This document shows positions 13,128 to 27,317 of a DNA stretch of 64,000 bases, in pieces. The notes under the pieces are model-generated. The model had not been told where the DNA came from. It searched no databases and was given only the letters and a program-made list of their open reading frames with translations. Location: assembly GCF_018350175.1 (NCBI RefSeq), contig NC_058368.1:228100001-228164000 (forward strand), written 5' to 3'. The DNA comes from Felis catus. Its lineage: Eukaryota. Position 1 is the first letter of the stretch; every line of letters starts with the position of its first letter. Both the position numbers and the translations under genes were made by a program.

Positions 13128-13848
13128 CCCAAACAAACACGAGCATAAAAGCAAGAGTTTAAGAAAATGAGGGGGACGTAAACAGAGACTCTTTGGGCAG
13201 CGTTGTCCTGCCCCCTCTTTGAGGCCAGATTTTGTGCCTTTTCACGTGCCCAAAGTGAATAAATCCGAATTGCCAAAAGCAATAGTTTGTAGTGTGTATT
13301 TTACTGATTGTTCCATGAGAGCTCAGGAGAAAGATTACACCACATACAGAAAGCTCGTCCAGCACCCGGAGCACCTCTTGTAGCATAGTGTATCCTTCTG
13401 TTTGCTTCCTTTCTTTGCCTCTTTCAGCCTCTGAAGAAAGTCCTGTCTTCTGTCTTAAGGAATTTAGCTCTTGCCCTCAAGCTGGGCACACCATTCACCA
13501 AAACAGAAGTCCAGCAGTTGACTAAATATGGGCAGCCAAGTGTCCCCCTTGCATGCCCTCAAGGGCACCAGCTGGCTCCAGCTTCTGGTCCGCACTGTCC
13601 TTGGTAAAAACCCTACCCTCCTATGAAGAGAATCTGCTTCTGTGAAATAAGAATATTTCCCTCATGATTTTACACAGGAAACAAATAATAATACACGTGG
13701 CGAGGAAGGAATAGAAATTTTTCAGACAGACAGCACTTGAAAAGGATTTCTGGTAAGGTTTCAAAAACAAGTTACAATGAAAACTATAGTAAGTATATCG
13801 AAGGACGCAAGAAAATGAAGGTACAGAGGTATTAATATGAAAATAACA

Positions 13849-14047
13849 GGGGTGCCTGGGTGACTCGGTTAAGCGTCCGACTTTGGCTCAGGTCATGCTC
13901 TCACAGTTCATGAGTTCAAGCCCCGTGTTGGGCTCTGTGCTGACAGCTCAGAGCCCGGAGCCTGCTTCGGATTCTGTGTCTCCTCCTCTCTCTGCCCCTC
14001 CCCCGCTCGTGCTCTATCTGTCTCTCAAAATTAAACGTTAAAAAAAA
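13849..14047 (+). mobile_element. SINEC
   Basis: Head, body and A tail; TSD aaataacagg. Confidence 0.9.
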
Positions 14048-14650
14048 TAACAGGAAAAATATATCCGTCACACAAAGAAACACCATGAAGTAAAGCAAAT
14101 ATAGAAACAAAATACAGAAACAAAAGCACAGTTGAAAATTCTCTGGGTTTCAGTAATTCCTGGAGGCAGAGAATTGTGCCAGGGCCCCTTCACGCAGTTT
14201 ATTCAGAGATAGATTTTGCCTTCTGCTTCGGTAATGGATTCATTGCATTCTTTAAGATACAATTCCAAGAATGAGATGCACCCTTCAGCTGACACAGCAC
14301 TGTGCTTGCAACAAGACCACCCCCCCACCCCCTCCAAAACTCCGAGTGTGATCGCTCCCGTCCTCCACCAAGAAAGTACAAGCTTTTCCAGATTACTTCA
14401 AGGGTGTGCATTACACTCGTGAAAGATGAAGAAACTCTCCTATCAGTTCTGGAAAAAATATTTGTTTCTCATCCAAATACGGAATGCTACTAGGCAAGAT
14501 TAGTAAGAACCACAGAACAAAAACATCGAACAGTGTGTGGGAAAATTTGGTTGTCTCACAATCCTTCCCCCTCTCGCCGTCCCGATGAGTTTATTTCTAG
14601 AAAGGCCTGCTTTGTGTGTTTATAAAGCCTCTCTTTTCCTCTCCACTTAG

Positions 14651-14807
14651 GTACTTGGAGAAAAAACGTCTTTGCTTTCCTCGCTTCTTCTTTGTCTCGG
14701 ACCCCGCCCTTCTGGAGATCCTGGGGCAGGCATCAGACACACACACGATACAAGCCCATTTGCTGAACGTGTTTGACAACATCAAAACTGTCAAGTTCCA
14801 TGAAAAG
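14651..14807 (+). CDS. DNAH5: DNAH5 exon ~32 (157 nt)
   Basis: cttag|G..AAG|gtttg; [26 protein letters not shown]...KFHEK. Confidence 0.95.
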
Positions 14808-15999
14808 GTTTGCCTAATTCTAACTGCTGGCCGGCAATTGCCGTATCTTAAACTTCCCTTGTCTTTGTACAATCGCTCTCTGATGCTGTGTTTGCATAGG
14901 TTTACTCCCAGCTAGTGATTAAAAACAAACTTTTGGGCCCAATGTGCCTTCAGAATTTTGTGATTTCTTGCTATCCAAAGTGTAAATTTGAAGAACAGTG
15001 TAAATATGATTAGGGATGCATCGTATGTAGCATTCATGGTTTTACATGCCAAGTTAGCTGTTGCGAAATTCAACGAAACAAAGAAACCAATCGCTCAGAA
15101 AATAGTCCCTTGACGAAGCAGAATTGCCGTAGTGATTTGATTGTTTTAATCAGGTTTCAGAAGTATTTGGCATGATCGTCTTCCCTGGTGCTCGTCATGC
15201 TTGATTGAAGCCTTTTTTTTTTTTTTTGAAACACTCCTTACAAGTTTCTAGGGTCATGTAGTTGTGGGGGACCCAAGAGAAGGCGTTCAACGTAAGAGAG
15301 GTTGCGTTTCACGGCTGCGAGAAGATACTGCCTGATCCATCGCTTCACCCCAAATTCCCTGGGAAGGAGGCCCTTCCAGTTTGACAGTGTGTTCGGTCGT
15401 CCTCCGGGGCTTCCCGGAAACCCTCAGTGCCATTCCCTTATTCATCCTGGCATGCTCTTGGGGAGCAACTTCCATGTGCCAGGTGTTGTGCTGAACTCGA
15501 GAATCAGAGACCTCTGGGATCCGCACTCGGGTGGGGTGTTTCTAGAGTGCAGCTGGTGCCGCGGTGGAGTGATTACTTTGGACGCGATCAAAAGCCATTC
15601 GTTTAAGTTCGTGCCCGGGGCTGTGTGTCAGGCATGGTGCTAGTCCTGGGGCTCCAAGGAAGAATTTATCAGTACACCGAAGTTGTTTTTATGCCGTGCA
15701 ACATTCATGAGAAATCTGGCCATTTAACGGTTGGTAATTCTTGACTTGCTGTGCCAGTGTTATGCACAAATAACATGGGGATGCTGTCAGGGAGCCTTAG
15801 CCTGGTATAAGGGGTGTCAGGGAAGGCTCCCTGCGGGACAGTATGGTACTTGAACTGATAATCTGAAGGCAAGTGCAATCTACCCAGGCAGGTGGAGAAA
15901 GGGGTGCATGATCCAGTCAGAAGCAAGGGCAGGTGCAAGGGTCTGAAAAGTGTGGGCAGCCTCGGGTGTCAGGAGTGTGGCTACGTGAGGGGTTGGGTC

Positions 16000-16645
16000 G
16001 GTTTCCTATGGCTGCTCTGGATTGACAGCAGAAATTTCTTCTCTCACCTTTCTGGAGGCTAGAAGTCTGAACTACGATGCCAGCAGACTTGGTTCCTGCT
16101 GGAGGCTCTGAAGGAGAGTTCGTTCTGCGCCTTTCTCCTAGTTTCTGGTGGCAGTTGGCAACCCTGGATGTTCCTTGGCTTATACCCATGTCACGTTGAT
16201 ATCTGCTTTTATCTTCACATGATATTTGCCCTGTGTGTCTGTGTCTCTCTGTCTAGATTTGCTTCTTATAAAAACACCAGTTATTGGATTAGGGTCCACC
16301 TTCATCGTAACTTGATGACGCTACAAAGACCCGATTTCCAAATAAGGTTCCATTCACAGGTTCTGGGCTTAGGACTTCAACATGTATTTTGGGGGTATGC
16401 ATTTTTTTTAATTAAAAAAATTAACATTTATTTATTTTGAGACAGCGAGACAGAGCATGAATGGGCAAGGAGCAGAGACAGAGAGGGACACAGAATCTGA
16501 AGCAGGCTCCAAGCTCTGAGCTGTCAGCACAGAGCCTGAAGCAGGGCTTCAACTCATGAGCCTCGAGATCGTGACCTGAGCTGAAGTCACACGCTTAACT
16601 GACTGAGCCACCCAGGCACCCCGGGGATACACATTTTAACCCTGA
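16000..16645 (-). mobile_element. MLT1-like (MaLR) LTR with SINE inserted near one end, inside L2 relic
   Basis: ttctggaggctagaagtc...ggattagggtccacc...ttccaaataaggt...ggacttcaacat. Confidence 0.75.
16402..16622 (-). mobile_element. SINEC
   Basis: Full antisense SINEC. Confidence 0.9.
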
Positions 16646-17200
16646 TGGGCAGTGATGAGCAAAGGGAGAAGGGGAAGAAGGAGACATGGGATCAGACTCC
16701 AAACGGCCAAGTGTATCACACTACAGAATTCTACTTCATCCTGAACATGACAGAAGGTGCAGGAGGGTTTTACGCAGGGCGGTGACCCAGTTGTGTTTCA
16801 GAAAGATTCTCTGGCTCAGTGTAGGAGGTGAAATAGAAGGAGGCATGGAACCCAGTCAGGATGGAAAAGGCTGAGGTGCTACAACAAAGCCTTGTTGAAG
16901 GCGAATGGGGAGAGAGGAAGGGAAGGCAGTATGGATTCAGTGGGTCAAAACCATTGTTTCTTGTAGACCTACTGGATGTGTGGGTTGAAAGAGGCACTGA
17001 ATTACACAGGAAGTTCTTCCCGATGCTTTTCTTATATCCTTCTGCACTAGGACTGAACGGTTCTAGAGTGCAGCTTCTCACGGTCTCATTGCCCAGTGGG
17101 ATCAATTAAACGTCCTCATTTTTAGCCGCTATTCATAGCAATTACTTCTTAAATAGCATCGCTTTTTTGCTGTTTTCTCTTGCTATAACATTTCTACAAC

Positions 17201-17340
17201 CAGGGGCAGATCCGGTTTTTGTAGGTCCTCACTCCTGTGAAATTATAAATCTACAACTCTAGTCAGGACTTGGAAAGGGCCCGTGGAAGTGACAGGCTGT
17301 GGAACTTCTGTCTCATTAGCTTCTTGGTAGACCACTTCTG
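17201..17340. mobile_element. MER53-like hAT MITE
   Basis: Termini caggggcagatcc...gaccacttctg; degenerate 8-bp TSD tctacaac/tctatgac. Confidence 0.6.
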
Positions 17341-17700
17341 TCTATGACACAGGATTCATTGATACGGTACTACACTGGAGCCCAAGGAAACAGTATCCCA
17401 CTTATTAAAGAACAAGAATGCAACAAATTTGTACTTGATCATTTGCCTTATTTTATTGTATGCTATGAACAGCCTGTGAAGTGAGTAGGGAAGCAGCACA
17501 GGCGTAGGTTTTAATGACTAGTTATGAGCCAGAAATTTAGTCTCAGAGATGTGTCCTCCACCATCGCATGGTCAATGAATGGCAGAGCACCATTTGAACC
17601 TGTATTTTAGCAAATAGCATGCTATCCTCATGATGCCATGCTGCATGGAAACTGAGGTGAGAAGACCAGACTAGGAGCTGGATTTGAATTAGAAAACATC

Positions 17701-17925
17701 GGGGCACCTGGGTGGCTCAGTTGGTGAAGCGTCCAACTTCAGCTGAGGTCATGATCTCATGGTTCGTGAGTTCAAACACTTGCACTGAGTTCCATGCTGT
17801 CAGCGCAGAGCCCACCCTCAGATCCTCTGTTTCCCCCTCTCTCTGCCTCTCTCTTCCTCTCTCTGTCTCTCAAAACAAAAACAAAAACAAAAAAAAAACA
17901 TTAAAAAAAAAAAGAAAAAGAAAAC
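17701..17925 (+). mobile_element. SINEC
   Basis: ggggcacctgggtggctcagttgg head, long A-rich tail. Confidence 0.9.
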
Positions 17926-18396
17926 GTTATGTGCCACCAGGAGCTCCTGTAAAGAGGACAATTAGTACAGACTTGGAATTACCTGGAAAGGCGTTTGCAT
18001 TGATCATATTGGCCTGGTCGTTGCTAATGTTGACTCGATAAGCTTGTGGTGTGGATGACAGGCGCTTACAGTGTCCCATTTCATTGGCGGAAACTAGACT
18101 TGTTTCGATCATCCCATTTATGTTGAGTATTTCTGTTAGGAAGTAAGTTTTTGCCTTTCAGGTGTAGATTATTTGGAATTGATTTATCTCAGTTCGAAAG
18201 TATTCCCTTTTTGATTTCATGGGTGACTTTTTTTTTTTTTTGGCTTGAAATTGATTTTGAATCATATTTTGCCTCTTATAATCTATAGCTTACCTTCCTT
18301 CAGGAAGGATAACACTGACAAGAGGGCAGTGGAGGAATTCATTCTTTATGTGAATATAGCTTTTTTTTTTCATTTCTGTTTTGGCTTCTATTGTAG

Positions 18397-18609
18397 ATCT
18401 ATGATCGAATTCTGTCAATCTCCTCTCGAGAGGGTGAGACGGTTGACTTGGATAAACCTGTGATGGCAGAGGGCAATGTGGAAGTTTGGCTTAATTCTCT
18501 CTTGGAGGAATCTCAGTCCTCATTACATCTTGTGATTCGCCAGGCAGCTGCAAATATTCAAGAAACAGGTTTCCAGCTGATTGAATTTCTTTCTTCCTTC
18601 CCTGCTCAG
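18397..18609 (+). CDS. DNAH5: DNAH5 exon ~33 (213 nt)
   Basis: tgtag|ATC..CAG|gtcag; [14 protein letters not shown]...[12 protein letters not shown]...FPAQ. Confidence 0.95.
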
Positions 18610-19364
18610 GTCAGTGTATTAAATTGGAAAATATTTTTTACAGAATAGTCATACTAGATCTCGTACACTGCCTATTGTAAACTACACAACTGACTATAAT
18701 TTAACTCTGGACCAGTATTAAGATTTTCTTAAGGATTTCTTAATATAGATAAGCTTGAAGGTTTCAGCTACAGATTATTTGGTTATATACATATGTATAA
18801 ATATAAATAACATCTTACACATGTTTTATAGATACATTTTCTTTATATTTTCTTTAACCTAAAAGGTTTTTCTTTTTCCTGCTGAATCTTTTTAGTAAAT
18901 AAATCATAACAAAGTACTGAGCGTATGCTTAGCCAGAAAGATGAGAAATGTATTTTAGTGTTAAAATGTAAAAACCGATGTTCTCTTAACCATTATGATC
19001 AATAAAGATTTTGTGGGTACCTACCACATGTAAACCCTGCTAGCTTGAGAAAAACAGGTTTAAGCCATGTCCTTTCCCTTCCAGTAATTTAAAATCTATC
19101 TAGGGAGAAATATGACTTAAACAATAAATGATTTAAAATTACAAGGAAAAAATTGTGGACACATCATGAGGCTGTATATGTGTAACTGTCAGGGAACATT
19201 ATGACTAGAGTTTCCATCGGTTTCCAAACAATGAATCAAGTTGAAATAATCAAGGATGTCCTTACATTTGCATAATAATCACCATCATTCACTATATTGT
19301 AATTTCTATTTAAATATATTAATATGTCACACGCACTCATAAAGCCTTTTTTTGTTTCCGTAAG

Positions 19365-19589
19365 GTTGGATTATTAGGAATTCAAATGATATGGACACGG
19401 GATTCAGAAGAAGCCCTCAGAAATGCCAAGTTTGATAAAAAAATCATGCAGAAAACCAATCAGTCTTTTCTGGAGCTGTTGAATACATTGATAGGCATCA
19501 CGACGAAGGATCTGAGTTCCACGGAACGAGTTAAATATGAGACTTTGATTACTATCCATGTGCACCAAAGGGATATCTTTGATGACCTG
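19365..19589 (+). CDS. DNAH5: DNAH5 exon ~34 (225 nt)
   Basis: gtaag|GTT..CTG|gtaaa; [11 protein letters not shown]...[15 protein letters not shown]. Confidence 0.94.
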
Positions 19590-20566
19590 GTAAATGCTTT
19601 ATAAATACTATGGCATCTATAGAAAAGCAAACACTGGGCACTATCCGTGTTTACCCTCTGGGATTAGTTTGAATGAATTCAAAGGAAAGGTTAGATTCAG
19701 GCAAAGGGTCATCTTCCTGATGAGAACTTGTTTGTCAGATTTTTTTTTTCAGTCTTTAAACCAAAATTTCAGTCATATTTTGATGATCTCTTGTTAAGAT
19801 GTTATTGACCAATTAGACTTTATTTTAGATTCTTTACGTGACCAGTTTGGAAGCTAAACTGCCATGGAACATCCTGAAAAAAGCTTTCATTGGTCTTGTG
19901 TTCCTGTTGGTTATTAAAGATTACCAGTCTCTTGCTATGGAAATGACAAGGAACACTGCTAGAAGAATTGGTTCATGCTTCCTTGGAGGCTTTTGGATAA
20001 GTCACATCTTTAACAAGTTTCCCTACATTTTATGTCATTGATTGCAAATGGCCTTTCCTCATATGGCTGGTGACATCCAGAGGCCATGCAGATTCTTGCC
20101 TTTCAAGAGAAAACAGAGTAGCAAAGGCAGTTTAGTAGTTATAGAAAATAGGAAATGTGAAAAGAAATGAAATTTGTCCTCTGCTACAAAATAGAACATT
20201 AGATAAGAGGCAAAAAGCCCTTATTTTCATGATAACTTTCCGGATCGTGTCTCACCCCCTTATGTGAAAAAGATTATAAACAATCGGTTGTGACGTAACG
20301 GAGAGAAGGACAGCTTATTGAAGCTCTTGTGGTCTAATCTCTCTTAATAGTGAAGCACACTGTTTGCCTCTCTGAGAAATAAAGGGCCCGGGATAATTTT
20401 AGATTTGTTATTTATCCAAGAAAAATGATGAAAATGGCTTAACATTTTGGTTACAAAATTCAGACAAAAGCGTTACTGGTCAATAACCTGCCATTTGGAT
20501 GTTAGAAATTTTGGCCCGCCGCAAATCCTAGGAAGGATAACAAATGGATTAAAAAACCCCAACATC

Positions 20567-20784
20567 GGGGCGCCTGGGTGGCGCAGTCGGTTAAGCGTCC
20601 GACTTCAGCCAGGTCACGATCTCGCGGTCCGGGAGTTCGAGCCCCGCGTCGGGCTCTGGGCTGATGGCTCAGAGCCTGGAGCCTGTTTCCGATTCCGTGT
20701 CTCCCTCTCTCTCTGCCCCTCCCCCGTTCATGCTCTGTCTCTCTCTGTCCCAAAAATAAATAAAAAACGTTGAAAAAAAAAAAA
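20567..20784 (+). mobile_element. Young SINEC_Fc-type SINE
   Basis: CpG-rich ggggcgcctgggtggcgcagtcggttaagcgtccgacttcagccagg; TSD aaaaaaccc(c)aacat. Confidence 0.93.
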
Positions 20785-21193
20785 CCCAACATTATACTTT
20801 GTCATAATCACAAGAGATGCCTTTTTCCTAATGAGATCGTTTGATTCTGTCTTTGTATGCCAAAACATTTTTCATGGGTTGTACTTTATGGTTAGGGCTG
20901 TGGTTTGGGGCATTTAAGGGTGCAATTTGAGAAGTGAATATCTATTAAAATGTGTCATGCTGTTTACATTGGTGGGCACAACTAGGGGTTCCTCTTGAAT
21001 TTTCCCATTCCTGTATCTTCTCAAGTGTCCTTTTTGCCGATCAGTCAATGAATGGGTTGGATGGTGATGTAGTTGATATCTCCAAACCAGCTGGCTTGTC
21101 TTACATCCCATTATGATCTACGTGAATGCTAATGTGCATATTTAATATAGGTGGTTCTCATCTCAACTCTAACATCTCCCTTTTGCGTTTCAG

Positions 21194-21366
21194 TGCCACA
21201 TGCATATCAAGAGCCCTACAGACTTCGAGTGGCTGAAACAGTGCAGATTTTATTTTAACGAAGATTCCGACAAGATGATGATCCACATCACAGATGTGGC
21301 TTTCATATACCAAAATGAATTTTTAGGCTGCACTGACAGGCTTGTTATAACTCCACTCACAGACAG
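21194..21366 (+). CDS. DNAH5: DNAH5 exon ~35 (173 nt)
   Basis: ttcag|TGC..AG|gtgat; [20 protein letters not shown]...[10 protein letters not shown]. Confidence 0.95.
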
Positions 21367-22154
21367 GTGATGGAAGGTTCTGTGATCCCACAACCTCTTT
21401 CCCTCCACCCACTCCCCTACATTTTTATCCTCCTGAGTCACTCAGGAGATTTCTGCCTCATGTCTCTTTAGGGTTTATAGGCTCTTTTATACCAAAGTCT
21501 TTGAAATACGGTATCTTTAGCTTTACCCATGGGTCTTTGCATGGGATTTGGGTTTTTGTGACTGAAACGCTTTGCTTCCTTTGCCTTCAGTCTTAGGGAG
21601 GCTAAGTTTAAACGACCTCAGTGGACATCAGCGGGGCAAGAAAAGGAATTAACTGCCGTGTCAATAGGTGCAAATCACAGTTGGCCTTGAGGGTTGCACT
21701 GGGGACGGTGGCACCTGCTGTTATTAGAGATGATTAAGATGGTTTCCTAGCAGGAAAGAAATTGAGTATCAATACAGGTGGAAAGTGATGGGGAGGACAG
21801 TGGCCAGGACACCTGGAGTTCTCTGTTGTCTTCTGCCTGTTACATAGCAACTGTGTTAGCCAGAGGCACCTTGCGCTTTCCCTAGACTCAGTTTCCTCAT
21901 CTGTAAGATGAGCCAGTCTGTCTCCAAGAGTCGTTGCGCAGCTCATATTCTGTGACTCACTTAGTCCACTTTGAACTTTGTGGCATCAACTAATTGCATA
22001 TGTGCTCTGTTCAGGGATGTGCTGCCTACTTATTTTGGACAAAATGGCTGAGTGTTAAAAGCAGAATTTGGCCTCAGTAGAAGCTGATGGTGAATATCAT
22101 TTATTTTCATGGAATGAACTTCTGGGCTATTAGATGACAAATACTGTCACACCA

Positions 22155-22600
22155 GGGGCTCCTGGGTGGCTCAGTCAGTTAAGTGTCCAACTTTGGCCCA
22201 GGTCATGATCTCATGGTTTGTAAATTCGAGACTGGTGTCGGGCTCTGTGCTGGCAGCTCGGAGCCTGGAGCCCGATTCAGATTCTGTCTCCGATTCTCTG
22301 TGTCCTTCCCCCCACTTGCACTCTGTCTCTCTTTCTCTCTCTCTCTCTCTCTCTCAAAAATAAATAAATATTAAAAAAAAAAGAAGGGGCGCCTGGGTGG
22401 CGCAGTCGGTTAAGCCTCCGACTTCAGCCAGGTCACGATCTCGCGGTCCGTGAGTTCGAGCCCCGCGTCGGGCTCTGGGCTGATGGCTCAGAGCCTGGAG
22501 CCTGTTTCCGATTCTGTGTCTCCCTCTCTCTCTGCCCCTCCCCCGTTCATGCTCTGTCTCTTTCTGTCCAGAAAATAAATGTTGAAAAAAAAAATTTTAA
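22155..22600 (+). mobile_element. Older SINEC (22155-22385) with a young SINEC_Fc in its tail (22386-22600)
   Basis: Two heads; the second is CpG-rich. Confidence 0.9.
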
Positions 22601-23537
22601 AAGGCAAAATCAAAGTGAGCTTGGGCGTCCTCCTGTATTGTCCTCTCCCTTTCCAGGCTCCATATACATTCACGGCTAAGTCATTTACTTGCCTTTTTAG
22701 GAACCCACTTCCAATGAAATACAGACTCTGGAGGACCGTCTGGTTGGTGTGCTTGCTGTTTATTCCCACCTTTCACACTGGACTATCACTTTATTTCCTT
22801 TGAAGTTTTTTTCAAGTCCAGGTGAATTCTTTATAGAGTTCGCTGTAGGAAAGCCCTCAACTTCATCACTTTGTAGATTCATCACTTTGACAGCACTGGG
22901 TGATGCTGGAGAATTGAGTGATTCATCAGTGAGTTATCAGGGTAGTTTTTTCCTTCCCAGGCACTCTTGTATTTCCTCATCAGAGTCTTTTATTTGTTAA
23001 TATCATGTGATAAGAGATAATAGAAGGTATGTGCAAGGTACAGTAGGCACTCCCAGAAATAGATTGAAGATATGATTATTTAGCAATGTGTGATTTGTCT
23101 CATGTGATCATTTGTACCCAAGTACATCAAATTATTGACTCTTAGATTCCCAGAAGGGAATTGATCTAATGGTTCCCAATCTGTTTCATAGAACACTATT
23201 CTCTAGATGTTGGTAGATTTCTGTGAAAAATGTTGCCAAGTAAGTTTTGGAAATGCTGTGTACTATTTTTTCACACTTGGAGAATCTCACGCTGTACGTT
23301 GTCATGAGAAAGCCTGTTGAACCTTTTTAAGAGTTTTCAAACTGAGTTAACCATAGGCCAGCCCCTCCTTTTTCCTTAACAAATATCCATAAGGAAAGTG
23401 TATATTAGGGTGCAGTTTTGGAAATGCTATGTAGGGACAGTGGCTTAAATTTTCCATTTTTAAGTCTTGTGCGCAGTTCATTTTACTGTGATGTCCCAGA
23501 AGTGTCATCTAGGTGCCGGGGGGCATGGTTCTAGTGA

Positions 23538-23777
<240 letters not shown>

Positions 23778-23803
23778 TAGACTATCTGGTTAAGATTTAT
23801 TTT

Positions 23804-24016
23804 GGGGGGCATCTGTGTGGCTCAGTCGGTAAAGCATCCAACTTCGGCTCAGGTCATGATCTCGCGGTCTGTGAGTTCGAGCCCCGCATTGGGCTCTGTG
23901 CTGAAAGCTCAGAGCCTGGAACCCACTTTGGATGCTGTGTCCTCCCCCTCTCTCTGCCCCTCCCCTGCTCATGCTTTGTGTCTGTCTTTCAATAATAAAT
24001 AAACGTTAAAAAAAAA
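23804..24016 (+). mobile_element. SINEC
   Basis: 70 nt downstream of exon 36 donor; TSD-like aag(a/g)tttatttt. Confidence 0.9.
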
Positions 24017-24347
24017 GGTTTATTTTTCAACAACTGGCTGTATTTCAGTGTCATTTTTCAACTTTGTACAACTTTTTGGAAAATCCAAATCTTAACCACT
24101 CTTGTGTGGATCAAATGTCAACATCACTTGCCATTGTAATGTTCCTTTATCCCTGCAGGTTGGCTGTTTACAGATAGAGCGCCATATTGTGAGTTATTTC
24201 GGGGGCACTTTATGCATAATCTATTTGTTCAAGTTTATTTTTGAACAGACTTATCTCTGGCTTGTCTTGGCAGCTGCAAAATGCTCTTTTCCTTGGCTTT
24301 CCGAAATTATATACTAATTGGATTTTCTATTTAATTTCCCTTCGAAG

Positions 24348-24535
24348 GATTAGCACAGTCTGGATCCTGGGGTTGTTTTGATGAATTTAACCGTATCGAT
24401 TTACCAGTTCTGTCAGTGGCAGCCCAGCAAATTTCCATTATTCTGACATGTAAAAAGGAGCGCAAAAAGTCTTTTATTTTTACCGATGGAGATAATGTGA
24501 CTATGAACCCTGAATTTGGACTTTTCCTGACCATG
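24348..24535 (+). CDS. DNAH5: DNAH5 exon ~37 (188 nt), AAA1 Walker B
   Basis: cgaag|GA..ATG|gtaag; [16 protein letters not shown]...FLTM. Confidence 0.95.
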
Positions 24536-24867
24536 GTAAGGAACCACAAGAAGAGCTGCTGAATTTCAGCCTTCATCTCACGGCTTTCATGCATTTCCCT
24601 CGTCTTAGGTCACTTATTTTTCACTAATGGAAATTGCGACAGTGATTTTAACTGCTGTGTGAAGGCCTTTGGTGTTAAACAAAGCTCATGTTAATAACTT
24701 GTGATGTAGTCTCTCCAGTTAAAAGGAGAGTGAGATATGTAAATGAGTTCTTCGGTTGTCAGTCCAGATTTGTTGTGTGGACACAATGAATCTTTTAGTG
24801 CCGTGCTAATGTGTGTGTGTTGCCCCAAGACTGTGTCATTCATCTGTGGGTCTTGTTTTCTGCACAG

Positions 24868-25062
24868 AATCCTGGCTATGCTGGACGGCAGGAGCTTCCT
24901 GAAAACTTGAAGATTAACTTCCGCTCCGTGGCCATGATGGTGCCCGACCGACAGATTATCATCAGGGTGAAGTTGGCTAGTTGTGGCTTCGTTGACAACG
25001 TCGTTTTGGCCAGGAAGTTTTATACTCTCTACAAGCTGTGTGAGGAGCAGCTTTCTAAGCAG
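24868..25062 (+). CDS. DNAH5: DNAH5 exon ~38 (195 nt)
   Basis: cacag|AAT..CAG|gtgtg; [15 protein letters not shown]...EQLSKQ. Confidence 0.96.
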
Positions 25063-25571
25063 GTGTGATGTTCTGAAAGTCTCTCTGGACTTATGCATAC
25101 TTAGTTTTTCTATTCAGTGAGATTTGCTCATTTCGAAAAATTGTAGACTGGGGTTGTTGACAGATTACCTTACGGATACAAAGTACAAAGTTGTATCGTT
25201 ATGAAATCAATTCTATACGCGTAGTTTCCTGAAGTACATTTAAGTAAATTAATATTTACAGCATAAAAATGAGATGAGTACTATCTGAACTGATTTAAGA
25301 GCCAAAGAATTATAAATATTAATACTTGCTCTTTATCCCACCTGTACATTAATCATAATATGTGTTGTGCGTCCTCATGGTTTTCAGGAACCTCTCAATC
25401 ATTTACTCCTCTTACTTCCAATATCTTCCACATATTGGGCCAAGCTTTGCCAATTGTCTATTTTATCTATGGTAACTTCTTTGCTAAGTTTTCTGTACTG
25501 TTTAGCGTTGCAGGTTCTGACATCATGCAGCTTTGCAGTTAAGAGGCATGAGATTAATCATGTATTACTTT

Positions 25572-26610
25572 TGTGTTAGTTTTGTGTTATCTGTTGCTGT
25601 GTGACAACGGCTCCACCAACTTACTGGTTTAAAACAATACACAATTTATTGTTTCATGGTTTCTGTAGGTCAGGAGTCCTGGTACATCTTGGCTGGATCC
25701 TCTACTTAGAGGGTAACGAGGTCTTGGCTCCCTGTTTGGAGAAGGATTTACTTCTAAGCTCACTCAGGTTGTTGGCAGAATTCTGTTACTTGAGGTTGAA
25801 AGACTCAGGGATTCTGTTTCTTGCTGGCTGTCAGCTGGAGAAGGCCACCTCAGTTCCTGCAGGCTGAATGCCATTCTTTGCCACATGGGATCCCCCAACG
25901 TGGCCACTTGCCTTCTTAAAGTCAGCAAGGGAAAAAGGTTCTGGCAAGATGAGTGCTATGGTCTTGTATTAGGACTCTCCAAAGAAACAGAACCAATAGG
26001 ATATATGTGTATATACCTGTAAGGAAATTTATTATAAGGTATTGGCTCACAGTTATGGAGGTAGAGAAATTTCATGATCTGTTGTCTGTAAGCTGGAGAC
26101 CAGCTGATGGTGTAGTTTGAAGGGTTGATGGTATAGATTCTAGTCCAAGTCTGAAGGCCAGACAACTAGGAGCATTGAGGACAGCAGTGGTTGATATCCC
26201 AGCCTAGCAGTAGGGCAGAGCGAGCAAATCCATCCTTTCTTTCCACCTTTTTGTTCTACTGGGGTCCTCAGCACTTGAATGGTGCACTCTTACATGGGGA
26301 GGGCCATCTTCTTTACTCAGTCTACCAGTTCAAATGCTAATCTCTTCCAGAAACTTCTTTGGAGACACACCCACAAATAACTTTAATCAGCTCTCTGGGC
26401 ATCTTGTGACCCAGTCAAACTGTCACATAAAATTAACCATCACACATCTTATGTAATGTGACCACATGAACACATACACAGAAATCACATATGGCCAGTC
26501 ATCGTTGCTGTATTATATTGGTTAAAACAAGCCTAGCTCCTACCACACTCAAAGGGAAAAGATTATGCAAGGACACAGACACCAGGAGGTGGGGATCATC
26601 CCACAAATTT
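25572..26610 (-). mobile_element. MLT1-like LTR interrupted by an MLT2-like LTR (25965-26444)
   Basis: Inner element tgtattaggactctccaaagaaacagaaccaatagg...cataaaattaaccatcaca; MLT1-type sequence on both sides. Confidence 0.7.
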
Positions 26611-27317
26611 CTGGGACATATAAAAATTACTGAAAGAATACACTAAATAATAATACACTGCAATAAACATAAAACTGTAACACAAATAAAATCTCTTAAC
26701 ATATACAATACTTTGGTTCCTCTCTACTCTAGTCTCCATTCCAAACTTCTTTGACTCTAGATTATTTTTTTATACCCCCAAGCTCAATTAAATTACTTTC
26801 CCACTGAAAATGCTCTTTGTTTCTTCTGCTTATTGAAGCCTTTACTCACCCATTCTCCTTTCTTCTTCTGTCAAAGAAATATTTTTCCATGCTGTTTCTT
26901 GCATGTAGAAAACTCCCACATCACTGACCCCTGTCTCCTTCTTCTCTACTATTTCGTTTCCACTTTTCTTCATGCCCACAGCCCTGCTCACAGGTCGTTG
27001 TCATGAAATGAGCCAACGTGCCCAAAACAGTTGGCCCCGTGCTGATCTCTGGGTGAACATTCTACGAGTCTCACTTCATGCCCACAGATTTAACTGAGTC
27101 CAGCTCTGAGAAATTTTCCTTAATTCCACACATCAGCACTTTCAAGTCATGGTCACTTTTTAGCGAGTTTGCTCATATTTTTTACCTTTTTACCTCTATT
27201 AGAATTTAAACTCCTTGAAGGCAGGAACTCAGTCCAAATATTTTTATGTGCTCCATCCTCCAAATGATTTGTCTGAAGTGAGGCGTACTGCTCCCAGTTA
27301 CCTTAGCCCCTAATTGT

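Noticed and set aside
24691..25098. Minus-strand ORFs overlapping exons (also 1006-1385, 14597-14872, 58458-58676)
   Set aside because: Antisense shadows of the coding frame with no independent gene signals.
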